Source of the DNA: Klebsiella phage vB_Kpn529046-KEN25_1
Sequence record: PP723049.1
Length of the DNA stretch: 40,000 bases
Direction: 5' to 3' (one strand)
A program made the position numbers and the translations under genes. This document shows, in pieces, positions 9,301 through 17,925 of this stretch. The first letter of the stretch is position 1. Every line of letters starts with the position of its first letter. The notes below the pieces were generated by a model. It was not told the origin of the DNA. It made no database searches and saw only the letters and a program-made list of their open reading frames with translations.

Positions 9301-10497
9301 TTATTTTGTCATTAACTCAAATTGTTCTTTAAAGCAATGCTCAGAATCTTGGTGTTCTACCAGGAATTCGTATGCTTTATTTCGCTCTTTATCATAGAGC
9401 TTCTGGTCAGATGACAGATGTTTCATTCGTTCAAAGACTTCATTTTTATTTTCATCATTCAACCACAGAATGCCAGAATCATGAGAAGTCAACGGCTTTC
9501 CATCAACCCGGAATTTCAAAGCATCACCAGTAGCTTTATGGAACACGGGAATAGTTCCGCAAGCACCTAGTTCTAAGTGTGTGTATTCCAGCGAACGCTC
9601 AAGGAATTTATCTGGAAGACGTGACAGCTGATAGCCAAATCCAGATTGAGACATACGCTCAAGCATTTCAGAGTTAACATATCGGTCAAGAACCTGAGGA
9701 TTCAGACCTGGTCCAGTTTTAACCTGATGATAATGACGGCAATAATCGATTTCATAGCGTTCTTTGATGTTAATAAACGCAGGACTGCGTTCTAACCCTT
9801 CCAAGATAGTCGTTTTGCCTGCGGGACGCAGATGACTTTCATGAAAGTCAAACATCAAGAAATAGCCTTTCCACGTAGTAGTACGACCAATCCAACGATG
9901 GATATCAAAGTCAATAGCAGAGAAATCTTTCCAATACTTATCACGAATTGCTTTGATGTTCATAGCAGGTTGAAAGTTATAAACCGGAGGAGCTGAGTCA
10001 GAATCATCAAAGAAACTCAACCCGCCGCTTGGAAAATATTCTTCCATTAGCACGGTATTAAAATCGCCGTTTGAGCTATGACTAAACAGTACATCAGCAC
10101 GCTTAACGGTTTCTTCAAGACCAGCATTTCTACGAAGTGACAATGCTCTATGGTCATGTTGATATACGACTACCCGAACCTCGGGTTTAATGTTCTCTAT
10201 GAGCTTCTTATAGTTATCAATCGCTGCTTCTGGAGCATTGATAGCAGGTACTGAGTTGATGATAAGAATGTCACATGCATTAAGCAGAGATAAGGTCTTA
10301 TCATAGTCATCTGCCAGAGACACAGGAATAGTTACATCTTTATAGCTATGTGCTCTATTACGAGTAAACGCTTTATCTTTAGCGTAAATGATATTTACTT
10401 CATGGCCATGTTTTACTAACCACTCACGATGCTCGAGACTGAACTTGGTTACGCCGCATCCCTCAAGTCCGCGAGCCATTAAAATATTAATCTTCAT
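9301..10497 (-). CDS. a-gt: DNA alpha-glucosyltransferase (T4 AGT-like)
   Basis: MKINILMARGLEGCGVTKFSLEHREWLVKHGHEVNIIYAKDKAFTR and FGYQLSRLPDKFLERSLEYTHLELGACGTIPVF closely match T4 AGT; start is internal ATG at 10497. Confidence 0.95.
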   Translation of the reverse strand: MKINILMARGLEGCGVTKFSLEHREWLVKHGHEVNIIYAKDKAFTRNRAHSYKDVTIPVSLADDYDKTLSLLNACDILIINSVPAINAPEAAIDNYKKLIENIKPEVRVVVYQHDHRALSLRRNAGLEETVKRADVLFSHSSNGDFNTVLMEEYFPSGGLSFFDDSDSAPPVYNFQPAMNIKAIRDKYWKDFSAIDFDIHRWIGRTTTWKGYFLMFDFHESHLRPAGKTTILEGLERSPAFINIKERYEIDYCRHYHQVKTGPGLNPQVLDRYVNSEMLERMSQSGFGYQLSRLPDKFLERSLEYTHLELGACGTIPVFHKATGDALKFRVDGKPLTSHDSGILWLNDENKNEVFERMKHLSSDQKLYDKERNKAYEFLVEHQDSEHCFKEQFELMTK

Positions 10498-10525
10498 ATA
10501 TTGACCTTTGTTGTTAATTTTGGAT

Positions 10526-10552
10526 ATTTTACCATTCCCGTAATAAAGCAAA
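10526..10552 (-). promoter_or_regulatory. MotA-dependent middle promoter for a-gt
   Basis: TTTGCTTTA (10544-10552), a perfect MotA box, 12 nt, TAAAAT (10526-10531). Confidence 0.7.
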
Positions 10553-10568
10553 AGGGCCGAAGCCCTTT
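10551..10568 (-). terminator. C(UUCG)G hairpin
   Basis: AAAGGGC-TTCG-GCCCTTT with trailing TTGCTTT; overlaps the stop codon of the upstream ORF. Confidence 0.75.
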
Positions 10569-10824
10569 AAATTTTCTTGTATACAACATAACCCGCTGCT
10601 TCACATATACGCTTAGCTTCTTCAAAGCGTCTAAGCATATCTACCTTGGCATTATGAATTGCTTCATAATCGGGAGCAGGTGCTTCTCTCCTAGCGGTAT
10701 CACATTTATAACAGAAGTAACTACGCTTTGGTCCTGTATAACGTTCTGAACAATTACTGCACCGGCACGTGTAATTTCCTTCCGGCCAATCATGTCCAGG
10801 ATTAGAACCCATCAAATTCGTCAT
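10567..10824 (-). CDS. Small putative zinc-binding protein
   Basis: CRCSNCSERYTG...YFCYKC paired cysteines; start at ATG 10824 overlaps upstream stop. Confidence 0.75.
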   Translation of the reverse strand: MTNLMGSNPGHDWPEGNYTCRCSNCSERYTGPKRSYFCYKCDTARREAPAPDYEAIHNAKVDMLRRFEEAKRICEAAGYVVYKKI

Positions 10825-10904
10825 ACATCCCAATTCTCTTCACTAGTAATAAAATCAGGGTGTTCATCTAAATCAATGAATCCCCAGTTCTCTTCATTTA
10901 CCAT
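10821..10904 (-). CDS. Micro-ORF, 27 aa (MVNEENWGFIDLDEHPDFITSEENWDV)
   Basis: Not in track; start and stop overlap neighbouring genes on both sides. Confidence 0.5.
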   Translation of the reverse strand: MVNEENWGFIDLDEHPDFITSEENWDV

Positions 10905-11095
10905 TCATACCACCGTTTAACTTGGAAGGTGTCAACCCAGACAAGAGAGTTCTTATCTATTAGCTTACATCCTTCGGTAGAGCCTAACACGCGATATTGA
11001 TTATCTGCTACCTTTACTGCCATCGTACCAGTCGCAGTGTTTAAAGTAAATCCTGCGTCTTTACGAACACGTTTAAATTTTACTTGTACCAGCAT
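10898..11095 (-). CDS. Hypothetical protein, 65 aa
   Basis: ORF in a tightly overlapping early operon. Confidence 0.7.
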   Translation of the reverse strand: MLVQVKFKRVRKDAGFTLNTATGTMAVKVADNQYRVLGSTEGCKLIDKNSLVWVDTFQVKRWYEW

Positions 11096-11375
11096 TTAGA
11101 ATGTCCCAAACAGATTTACGAGAGGTATTCCAACAAGTCAGAATAATCTCATCATTAAAAGGTTGTTTTAAAATAGTACGCAGTTTTTCAATAGCATACT
11201 TGTAAGCAGGGAAATTATTGTCTAATACCGCGTCTCCAGCATGAGCTCGTAATCGCTCAAGTTCACGACGGTTTTTACGAACAACTTTGTTGGCTCGAGC
11301 AATAGCTTGTTCTTCTGCCGCTTCCATTAGTTTCTGTTGCAGCTCGTCGCGCTCTTCCTGGGTAATATTGTTCAT
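11073..11375 (-). CDS. Hypothetical charged helical protein, 100 aa
   Basis: ORF between a-gt and 55, the position of T4 a-gt.x genes. Confidence 0.75.
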   Translation of the reverse strand: MNNITQEERDELQQKLMEAAEEQAIARANKVVRKNRRELERLRAHAGDAVLDNNFPAYKYAIEKLRTILKQPFNDEIILTCWNTSRKSVWDILNAGTSKI

Positions 11376-11376
11376 G

Positions 11377-11631
11377 TTATTCCTTTGGATGGTAATTTAT
11401 TTCAAATGTGAATTCAGTATCAGTCCAATTATAACTATGTTCAATTATAGCAGAATCTGACCTGAAATCAGCGTCATGTGGATTTTTCGGGTCAATGTGA
11501 ATATCAAGATCAAGCACCTCCCTTAAATACATCTTTAGCAAATAAGGGATAGCGTCTAGGTCTTGCACATCTTCTAAAAACCCGTCGAGGTTAATCTTCA
11601 GCCTCATATAAAAATTCCAGATTAGGTCCAT
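11377..11631 (-). CDS. Hypothetical protein upstream-overlapping gene 55
   Basis: [32 protein letters not shown]...; track extends to 11688, start uncertain. Confidence 0.65.
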   Translation of the reverse strand: MDLIWNFYMRLKINLDGFLEDVQDLDAIPYLLKMYLREVLDLDIHIDPKNPHDADFRSDSAIIEHSYNWTDTEFTFEINYHPKE

Positions 11632-12139
11632 CGCTTGTAGGTTCGCTCTTTTTAGCAGACCCTGGCGCCTTATAAGCGGTGGATTCATACTGCGTCATTT
11701 TATCGTAGATGTCCTGAATAAAGGTTTCATCTGCTAACGCAACCATATCATCGTCCCGTGAATCATACACGTTATGGACAAAATAGCTGTATTTCTTTGC
11801 CATTTCTTTGCGTTCTTTTTTGATACGCTGAACGAATGCATTGAAACAAGCTTGGGTTATATACGCATGCGGGTTATCATACTTAGTTTCATCGAAGTTG
11901 ATTAAGCCTTTAATTGCGGCTTCAATCCCGTCTGAAATCATTTCTTGCTTCCAGGATTGGGTGTATCCTGAAAAGTTGAAACGCTTACTCAGACCTTCAG
12001 CGATCAGCATAATAGCAAGGCCGATCGTATCGTTCTGTTTTACTACTCGAGGGCCGCCAGCAGCTTCAGACTCCCGACACTTCTCTTTCCATGCACAGAT
12101 TGATTTATACAGTTCCTTGTTATTTACATAATTACTCAT
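11591..12139 (-). CDS. 55: Late-transcription sigma factor gp55
   Basis: [70 protein letters not shown]-terminal LEFLYEAED; start likely 12139. Confidence 0.98.
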   Translation of the reverse strand: MSNYVNNKELYKSICAWKEKCRESEAAGGPRVVKQNDTIGLAIMLIAEGLSKRFNFSGYTQSWKQEMISDGIEAAIKGLINFDETKYDNPHAYITQACFNAFVQRIKKERKEMAKKYSYFVHNVYDSRDDDMVALADETFIQDIYDKMTQYESTAYKAPGSAKKSEPTSDGPNLEFLYEAED

Positions 12140-12205
12140 ATTGCCTCTTCGCTTCAATTAATAATATCTATTATAACAAATTTGGGAAGCGAGAGGATTA
12201 AAGCA

Positions 12206-12451
12206 TTACTTAATCAATTCAGCGCATGCAATTAATTTCATCATGATACGATAAAAATCGTTATATGTGAAATTTAGCGGAACTTCAATAACGGCTTCAA
12301 AATCTTCAAATACGCGCTCCATTCCATAACCAGCGATATCATCTGATTCTGCATACCAGTACGTTCCATCTTGTGCAAAAGTTATTTGGCTATTTTCAAG
12401 ACAGAACACACCTTTAATATTTTCATGTGTAAGAGTCAATTGAATTTTCAT
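12206..12451 (-). CDS. Hypothetical protein, 81 aa
   Basis: ORF overlapping the next by ATGA. Confidence 0.7.
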   Translation of the reverse strand: MKIQLTLTHENIKGVFCLENSQITFAQDGTYWYAESDDIAGYGMERVFEDFEAVIEVPLNFTYNDFYRIMMKLIACAELIK

Positions 12452-12726
12452 AGTTCACCCTTCATAATACGATAGCATTGGAACAGCTGTTCCATGATAC
12501 GTTTGAACTCAACCAAACTAAGTTCAAACCAATCAGATTCATCTACTTCATGCATCATTTCCATGAATGAAGAGTATAAACTTTCATAATGAGTTTCATT
12601 TAACATAGAGGCATGCGTTTCCCAATACATGCCCTCTTCATTGTCAAACCAAACACCCATATAAGAATCTATAGTAAATCCGCCAATGCCTTCTACTACA
12701 ATCATAATTTGGTTTACTTTAGCCAT
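12448..12726 (-). CDS. Hypothetical acidic protein, 92 aa
   Basis: Resembles the preceding ORF in layout: G-x-Y/M...WYAE/YWETHA...M...F...ELF. Confidence 0.7.
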   Translation of the reverse strand: MAKVNQIMIVVEGIGGFTIDSYMGVWFDNEEGMYWETHASMLNETHYESLYSSFMEMMHEVDESDWFELSLVEFKRIMEQLFQCYRIMKGEL

Positions 12727-12938
12727 GCTTTCACCGAGTCAATAGCATCTTCAAATTTAGAGAAAGCATCCACGGATGTGTATTCATTCTCTCCAGAGCG
12801 TTCATAAATCCAAAACGCGTCAAAATCTTCTTCAATGATGAATTCTCCATTAGGAGTTTCAATATTGTTTCTGCCATCAGGCGTTTTAGATATGAACCAT
12901 CCAAGCAAACCAACTTCTACAATTTGTTCTTCAGTCAT
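12714..12938 (-). CDS. Hypothetical protein, 74 aa
   Basis: Overlapping ORF in operon. Confidence 0.7.
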   Translation of the reverse strand: MTEEQIVEVGLLGWFISKTPDGRNNIETPNGEFIIEEDFDAFWIYERSGENEYTSVDAFSKFEDAIDSVKAWLK

Positions 12939-13215
12939 TTAGAATTTCCACCAATTGATTATAGTTTAATGCCTTTCCAGAAGAAATCATAACATTACAA
13001 AATCTGTATAATGCTTCTTTTGATACTTTATACACATAATCAGAAGTTGTTATAATGTATGAAATACGTACAAATGTTGGGGATTTTTCTGCCAATTCAT
13101 ACGCCAGTTTTCTAGCTCTGCCAATATCATCGGCAAACTTGGTATCAGCAAGCAAAATACTATCAAATACCCAACGGTTAGTAAAAATTTCTGTGTATAG
13201 AATAACCTTACGCAT
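12931..13215 (-). CDS. Hypothetical protein
   Basis: ATG at 13215 overlaps the stop codon region of the upstream ORF (GATGCGTAA). Confidence 0.7.
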   Translation of the reverse strand: MRKVILYTEIFTNRWVFDSILLADTKFADDIGRARKLAYELAEKSPTFVRISYIITTSDYVYKVSKEALYRFCNVMISSGKALNYNQLVEILND

Positions 13216-13465
13216 CAAGATACTCTCGCAGTTCTTGCTCATTTAAACCTTCTTGCCACATCTCTGACGGAGACGGAAGTTGGCTGTCTAGAGTGGATGA
13301 ATCAATTGGAAATACTCTGATAATTACGCTAGTATCTTCATCCCATTGATTTGCGAGTATCCGTTTAGCTTGACTAATGTCAGGCTCAGAATGAGCCCGG
13401 ATATACTTAATCCTTCTATGCCATACACCGGTAGGAATAGATGCGCACACGATATATGAAATCAT
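13208..13465 (-). CDS. Hypothetical protein, 85 aa
   Basis: ORF starting 4 nt before stop of upstream gene. Confidence 0.7.
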   Translation of the reverse strand: MISYIVCASIPTGVWHRRIKYIRAHSEPDISQAKRILANQWDEDTSVIIRVFPIDSSTLDSQLPSPSEMWQEGLNEQELREYLDA

Positions 13466-13794
13466 TTCGCCGCCTTAACCGCTTTAACATCGCGGAAGCC
13501 TTTCTTACGTTGATTCTTCATCTTACGAATAGTGCTTTCAGAAATTTCACCGATACCCGGAGTGATTGGTTCTACACCAAAGGCTTTAATGCCAAATTCA
13601 GACAGAAGATAAGCAACAACTAATTCACGGATGCGGGCTTTACCAATTTTTTGGCCTTCTTCTTTCATCGTACCGTGAAGCTCAACTTCCCACTGATCAA
13701 GCAAAGACGGAGTTACACAACGTCCTTCTTCCAGCATTGCAGATACTTTATCATAAGCAAAAGAGTTCAGTACGTTTTTGATTGCTTGGGACAT
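13462..13794 (-). CDS. Hypothetical basic protein, 110 aa
   Basis: C-terminal ISESTIRKMKNQRKKGFRDVKAVKAAK suggests nucleic-acid binding. Confidence 0.75.
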   Translation of the reverse strand: MSQAIKNVLNSFAYDKVSAMLEEGRCVTPSLLDQWEVELHGTMKEEGQKIGKARIRELVVAYLLSEFGIKAFGVEPITPGIGEISESTIRKMKNQRKKGFRDVKAVKAAK

Positions 13795-13826
13795 ATTAAT
13801 TTCCTCAGTAACGATTGTTTTGACAG

Positions 13827-13850
13827 AGGAGATTTTAAATCAAATCTCCT
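13827..13850. repeat. Perfect 9-bp inverted repeat
   Basis: AGGAGATTT-TAAATC-AAATCTCCT, intergenic. Confidence 0.8.
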
Positions 13851-13858
13851 GTAGCAAA

Positions 13859-14101
13859 TCAATCTTTGAGAGATTTTAGCTCTTCGAGCATATCGTAGTA
13901 TTCTTTACTAGCAACCGGAGCTACAGTACAGTGGTAGCTATTGAATTCATGGTATTTCACGAAGCGTTCAAGGTGCCACTTAATCAGATTATTAATTCGG
14001 TGAAGCAGAACCCCATCTGAACCGACGTAGACAACTACTTCAAATTGAAGCCCATCCCAAATTCTGGTACGGACGATATCACCTACAGCAAAAGTTTTCA
14101 T
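13859..14101 (-). CDS. Small KOW/SH3-like protein
   Basis: MKTFAVGDIVRTRIWDGLQFEVVVYVGSDGVLLHRI; start at 14101 via ATGA overlap. Confidence 0.7.
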   Translation of the reverse strand: MKTFAVGDIVRTRIWDGLQFEVVVYVGSDGVLLHRINNLIKWHLERFVKYHEFNSYHCTVAPVASKEYYDMLEELKSLKD

Positions 14102-14286
14102 GCGATGTACCAATGTTCGTTTTGCCAAGACTCACCCTTGTACCAGCGAGTCATATCATATCCATTTTCATCACAGATGACTCTGTTCTTCATCAAGAAG
14201 TATTCGTCATCAGTAAAATGCACATGCTTTACTTTACAGCCTTTACTCATAGCTTCTAGAGCTTCTTGCCAATTTAACCAGTTCAT
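14098..14286 (-). CDS. Small protein resembling the N-terminus of DUF2829 (Tad2) proteins
   Basis: MNWLNWQEALEAMSKGCKVKHVHFTDDEYFLMKN. Confidence 0.6.
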   Translation of the reverse strand: MNWLNWQEALEAMSKGCKVKHVHFTDDEYFLMKNRVICDENGYDMTRWYKGESWQNEHWYIA

Positions 14287-14333
14287 ATTTTCCTCTCGAG
14301 TTAAACGGTATGCTGTTATCCGTTGATAGAGCT

Positions 14334-14363
14334 ATAGTATCACTCATCAACTAGCTTGTAAAC
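14334..14363 (-). promoter_or_regulatory. T4-type early promoter
   Basis: GTTTAC (14358-14363), 18 nt, TACTAT (14334-14339). Confidence 0.9.
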
Positions 14364-14394
14364 AACTTTGTGAAATGAATTTAAAAATAAAAGA

Positions 14395-14413
14395 GAGGTC
14401 CCATAGGAACCTC
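14395..14413 (-). terminator. Rho-independent terminator after the nrdD-nrdG-nrdH transcription unit
   Basis: GAGGTTCC-TAT-GGGACCTC followed by TCTTTTATTTTT. Confidence 0.8.
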
Positions 14414-14472
14414 TAAATGAAGGGTATAGAAATATACAGAAGGTGGTCAAGATGACCTTAGAAAGGAACTGG

Positions 14473-14775
14473 TTAATCTTCTATGATATCTGGGTCATGC
14501 CCAGCAGCAATAAGATTGGCTTTAAATGTTGGAATGTCATACTGCTTAACGTTATCCATAAAAATGACAGGATACCGAATAGCAAGCGATGGATAGCACC
14601 CGATGCGTTTAGCAAGTGACTCAATCAACGGACGGTCATAAACCGGCTGACCGTCAACCTCGTTGATTACATTATAGAACTCATATGGAAGTTGCAGCTT
14701 ATCGAGCAAGTCACGAACTGCTTTACATCCAGGGCATCTCCAAACTTCTTCAGGGATGCCATAGATTTCTATCAT
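14473..14775 (-). CDS. nrdH: Glutaredoxin NrdH-like
   Basis: MIEIYGIPEEVWRCPGCKAVRDLLDKLQLPYEFYNV with CPGC redox pair, in the T4 nrdH position. Confidence 0.82.
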   Translation of the reverse strand: MIEIYGIPEEVWRCPGCKAVRDLLDKLQLPYEFYNVINEVDGQPVYDRPLIESLAKRIGCYPSLAIRYPVIFMDNVKQYDIPTFKANLIAAGHDPDIIED

Positions 14776-15113
14776 AGTTCAGCCTTAATCTCAGAAATCA
14801 ATCTTTCAATTAATTCAAGCTTATCAGTTGTAGTCATAGGATAAATTTTGTCGACAGTAGCTTCTTCGAGATAACAACGGTCAGCATCATTAAGTATACA
14901 CCACTGATCAAAATCATCAGCATCTATGCTAACACCGTTGAAGGTCTTAACTCGTTCAACAGACCCGTCCTGTGTCAGAGCTGTTACCAAAAATGGCTTA
15001 AATTTAAGCATGTTGTAGAATTCAACATCCTTTGACGATGCGTTATTTAACCATTTATCAACAGAATCTTCTTTAAACTTGTACCACTTATCGCAACAAA
15101 ATAATTCTATCAT
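14772..15113 (-). CDS. Hypothetical protein, 113 aa
   Basis: ATGA-coupled ORF. Confidence 0.75.
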   Translation of the reverse strand: MIELFCCDKWYKFKEDSVDKWLNNASSKDVEFYNMLKFKPFLVTALTQDGSVERVKTFNGVSIDADDFDQWCILNDADRCYLEEATVDKIYPMTTTDKLELIERLISEIKAEL

Positions 15114-15322
15114 TTCATGACCTGTTGGAGTTTAGCAGTCAGAGTGTTAACTCGTTTCTGAAATTCTTCATTAGACAGTTTTTCATCTTTCTTAGTAGGA
15201 TTAATCCAATCAGAAATAATGATGAGAACAATAAATGGAATAGCTACGAAAGCACCTGCGGTTAATGCAACCAGTGCAATAACATTAGAAATAAATTTAC
15301 GAATAGCATTAATGAATTTCAT
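15110..15322 (-). CDS. Small single-pass membrane protein, 70 aa
   Basis: Hydrophobic VIALVALTAGAFVAIPFIVLIIISDW followed by charged tail. Confidence 0.75.
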   Translation of the reverse strand: MKFINAIRKFISNVIALVALTAGAFVAIPFIVLIIISDWINPTKKDEKLSNEEFQKRVNTLTAKLQQVMK

Positions 15323-15330
15323 AATTTTCC

Positions 15331-15429
15331 TTAAATAGTTAAGATGAATGCTGTCATAGCCAGAAATTCTGGTCCAAACAGTTCAGTAGCCATGTGGTTC
15401 AGAGTAAACATAATTTTGTAAGTCAGCAT
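15331..15429 (-). CDS. Micro-ORF, 32 aa (MLTYKIMFTLNHMATELFGPEFLAMTAFILTI)
   Basis: Not in track; SD GAGGAAATTTAT-ATG; fills the gap between nrdG and the 70-aa membrane protein. Confidence 0.55.
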   Translation of the reverse strand: MLTYKIMFTLNHMATELFGPEFLAMTAFILTI

Positions 15430-15439
15430 ATAAATTTCC

Positions 15440-15910
15440 TCAATCATGTGTCCAGGTAGAACCATTTCTTACCCAGAGTCTTTGGTTGTCAGAACCACGC
15501 CAGTTTTTAGTAGTTGGCAGTGATTTCTCATATTTCCCATCAATTATAACATCGATGTGTTGTAGCAAATCTAAATCTTTGATATCTTCAAACTTATATC
15601 CTGTCCACATCCAGATATCTTTCTCCGGAAATCTTGCTTTAACCCAAGAAACTAAATTTGAAATCTCTTCTCGGTTCTGTGGATAAAGTGGGTCACCACC
15701 GGTTAAGGTAAGACCTTGAATATACGATTTGCTTAAATGGGATGCAAGATCTTTAACAGTATTCATAGTGAATAGCTGTCCGTTACGAGCATTCCAAGTA
15801 GATTTATTATAACACCCTTCACATTTATGCAAACACCCTGTGACAAAAAGAACGACCCTGCATCCAGGGCCATTCACAAAGTCAGAAGGGTAGATTCTGT
15901 CGAAATTCAT
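15440..15910 (-). CDS. nrdG: Anaerobic NTP reductase activating protein NrdG
   Basis: Radical SAM CLHKCEGCYN, GLTLTGGDPL. Confidence 0.98.
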   Translation of the reverse strand: MNFDRIYPSDFVNGPGCRVVLFVTGCLHKCEGCYNKSTWNARNGQLFTMNTVKDLASHLSKSYIQGLTLTGGDPLYPQNREEISNLVSWVKARFPEKDIWMWTGYKFEDIKDLDLLQHIDVIIDGKYEKSLPTTKNWRGSDNQRLWVRNGSTWTHD

Positions 15911-16100
15911 TGAACCTTACCTCATTACGTGCTTCTACTTCTGCATCATATTTCCAGGGCTCATCAGTTTGAATAGCCCCAGCCGATAATCCACTTTCGG
16001 GGTCACGGGTTATAGCAATTCCAAGCGGGTGCAGAACCTCTTTGTTGATTTTCCAAATCAATCCCCATTCGCTAAGTTGGTTCCAATCAACTTGCTTCAT
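15882..16100 (-). CDS. Hypothetical protein between nrdG and nrdD
   Basis: MKQVDWNQLSEWGLIWKINKEVLHPLGIAITRDPESG; start likely 16100. Confidence 0.7.
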   Translation of the reverse strand: MKQVDWNQLSEWGLIWKINKEVLHPLGIAITRDPESGLSAGAIQTDEPWKYDAEVEARNEVRFNEFRQNLPF

Positions 16101-17925
16101 TGGTTTCTCTAACATGTTTTACCCTATGCATAATTTCTTTGTTCTTACCAAGATTGAACCCACGCTCAGAAGGATTACCAAGATAGCCACAAGTCCTACG
16201 GATTGTATTCATTTTCTTTGGATCAGTTTCACCACAAATTGAACACGTGAATCCGTTTTCAGTAGGTGTCATCTCATGAGTAGAACCACAAGAAAGACAT
16301 TTATCTACTGGCATATTAACACCAAAATAATCCAACTTCTCGATAGCATAGTCCCATACCGCTTCAAGACCTTCAAGGTTGCGCTTCATGTCAGGAAGTT
16401 CAACATAAGAAATATGACCACCTTTAGCAATAGAATGATATGGTGCTTCGCGGTCAATTTTTTCAAAAGGCGACAGGTTTTCTTCTACTGACACATGAAA
16501 ACTGTTGGTGTACCATCCTTTGTCAGTTACGCCCTTAACATCACCAAACTTGGTTTGGTCAATCTTACAGAAACGATAGCACAGACTTTCAGCCGGAGTT
16601 GAGTACAAACTAAAGGCATAGCCGGTTTCTTCCGTCCACTTGTTTAGCTTAGTGTTGATGTACTTCAGGACGAGTTTACCGCTTCCTTTAAAAGTAAGCA
16701 TATCAAATTCGTGGATGCCAATATATCCTAATGAAATTGAACTACGTCCATTTTTGAATAGCTCAAGAATTTCATCATCGGGTTTCATACGCACACCAAA
16801 AGCGCCTTCCTGGTAAAGAATAGGAGCAACTGATGCAGTAACACCTTCAAGGGATTTAATTCTAGTTAAAAGAGCATCTTTACAAATATCAAGACGTTCA
16901 TCCAGTAGTTTGAACAGTTTATTACTGTCATCTGAACTTTTATAATTTGCATCCAGAGCTATCCTAGGGAGGTTCAGTGTTACTACCCCTAGGTTATTAC
17001 GGCCATCAAGAACGGGTTTGCCAGAAGAGTCTCTCCAAGCACCAAGGAAACTTCTACACCCCATTGGAGATACAGGAGTTTCTGAACCGGTAATTGCTCT
17101 ATTATTTCGAGCACTGATGATATCAGGATACATGCGTTTAGCTGCACATTCTAATGCAAGCTGCTTAATATCATAGTTCGGGTCTTCTTTACGTAGATTA
17201 ATGCCTTCTTCTACAAACATCACAAGCTTTGGAAAGATTGGAGTAATTCCATCGCGTCCTAATCCACGAATACGATTATCAAGAATAGCTCGTTGAATTA
17301 ATTTTTCTTCCCATGACGTTCCCATACCAAATGTGATAGTCACAAATGGAGTTTGGCCGTTTGAACTAAACAGAGTATTCACTTCATATTCATATGCCTG
17401 GAAAGCATCAAATACGTCTTTTTCTGTTTTTGAAATAGCATAATCTTTTACTAATGCTACTTGATATTTGCGTGCATCACGTACATGTTTAGCGAATGTC
17501 TTCTCCACATAAGGAGCCAATACTAAATCGACGTTAGCAAACGTAGTTCCACCATACTGGTGAGATGCTACTTGTGCAGTGATTTGCGCCATAATAGCAG
17601 TAGCTACTCCAATGCTCTTAGGAGTTTCAATTTGAGCGTTACCAAGTTTAAAGCCATTCTGCAACATACCTTTCAAATCTACCAAACAGCAGTTGGTGAA
17701 AGGCAAAGCTGGACTATAGTCCATATCATGAAAATGGATAACACCTTCTTTGTGTGCTTCCATTACAGAGGAAGGAATGACCTGATTGGCGATATGTTTA
17801 GATACGATACCAGCCATCAGGTCACGTTGGGTAGGAAAAACACGAGAATCTTTGTTAGCATTCTCGTTTAAGAGGTCCTTGTTGGTTTTATTAATAAGTC
17901 CCTGGATTTCTAATTCGATATTCAT
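16087..17925 (-). CDS. nrdD: Anaerobic ribonucleoside-triphosphate reductase NrdD
   Basis: 612 aa; CLSCG/CSICG zinc site and RRTCGYLGNP glycyl-radical motif. Confidence 0.98.
   Translation of the reverse strand: MNIELEIQGLINKTNKDLLNENANKDSRVFPTQRDLMAGIVSKHIANQVIPSSVMEAHKEGVIHFHDMDYSPALPFTNCCLVDLKGMLQNGFKLGNAQIETPKSIGVATAIMAQITAQVASHQYGGTTFANVDLVLAPYVEKTFAKHVRDARKYQVALVKDYAISKTEKDVFDAFQAYEYEVNTLFSSNGQTPFVTITFGMGTSWEEKLIQRAILDNRIRGLGRDGITPIFPKLVMFVEEGINLRKEDPNYDIKQLALECAAKRMYPDIISARNNRAITGSETPVSPMGCRSFLGAWRDSSGKPVLDGRNNLGVVTLNLPRIALDANYKSSDDSNKLFKLLDERLDICKDALLTRIKSLEGVTASVAPILYQEGAFGVRMKPDDEILELFKNGRSSISLGYIGIHEFDMLTFKGSGKLVLKYINTKLNKWTEETGYAFSLYSTPAESLCYRFCKIDQTKFGDVKGVTDKGWYTNSFHVSVEENLSPFEKIDREAPYHSIAKGGHISYVELPDMKRNLEGLEAVWDYAIEKLDYFGVNMPVDKCLSCGSTHEMTPTENGFTCSICGETDPKKMNTIRRTCGYLGNPSERGFNLGKNKEIMHRVKHVRETNEAS

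Noticed and set aside
12139-12200. Middle promoter for gene 55 from AATGCTTTA near 12190 and a downstream TATAAT
   Set aside because: Spacing is about 23 nt, much larger than the 11-13 nt seen for the other MotA-type promoters here.
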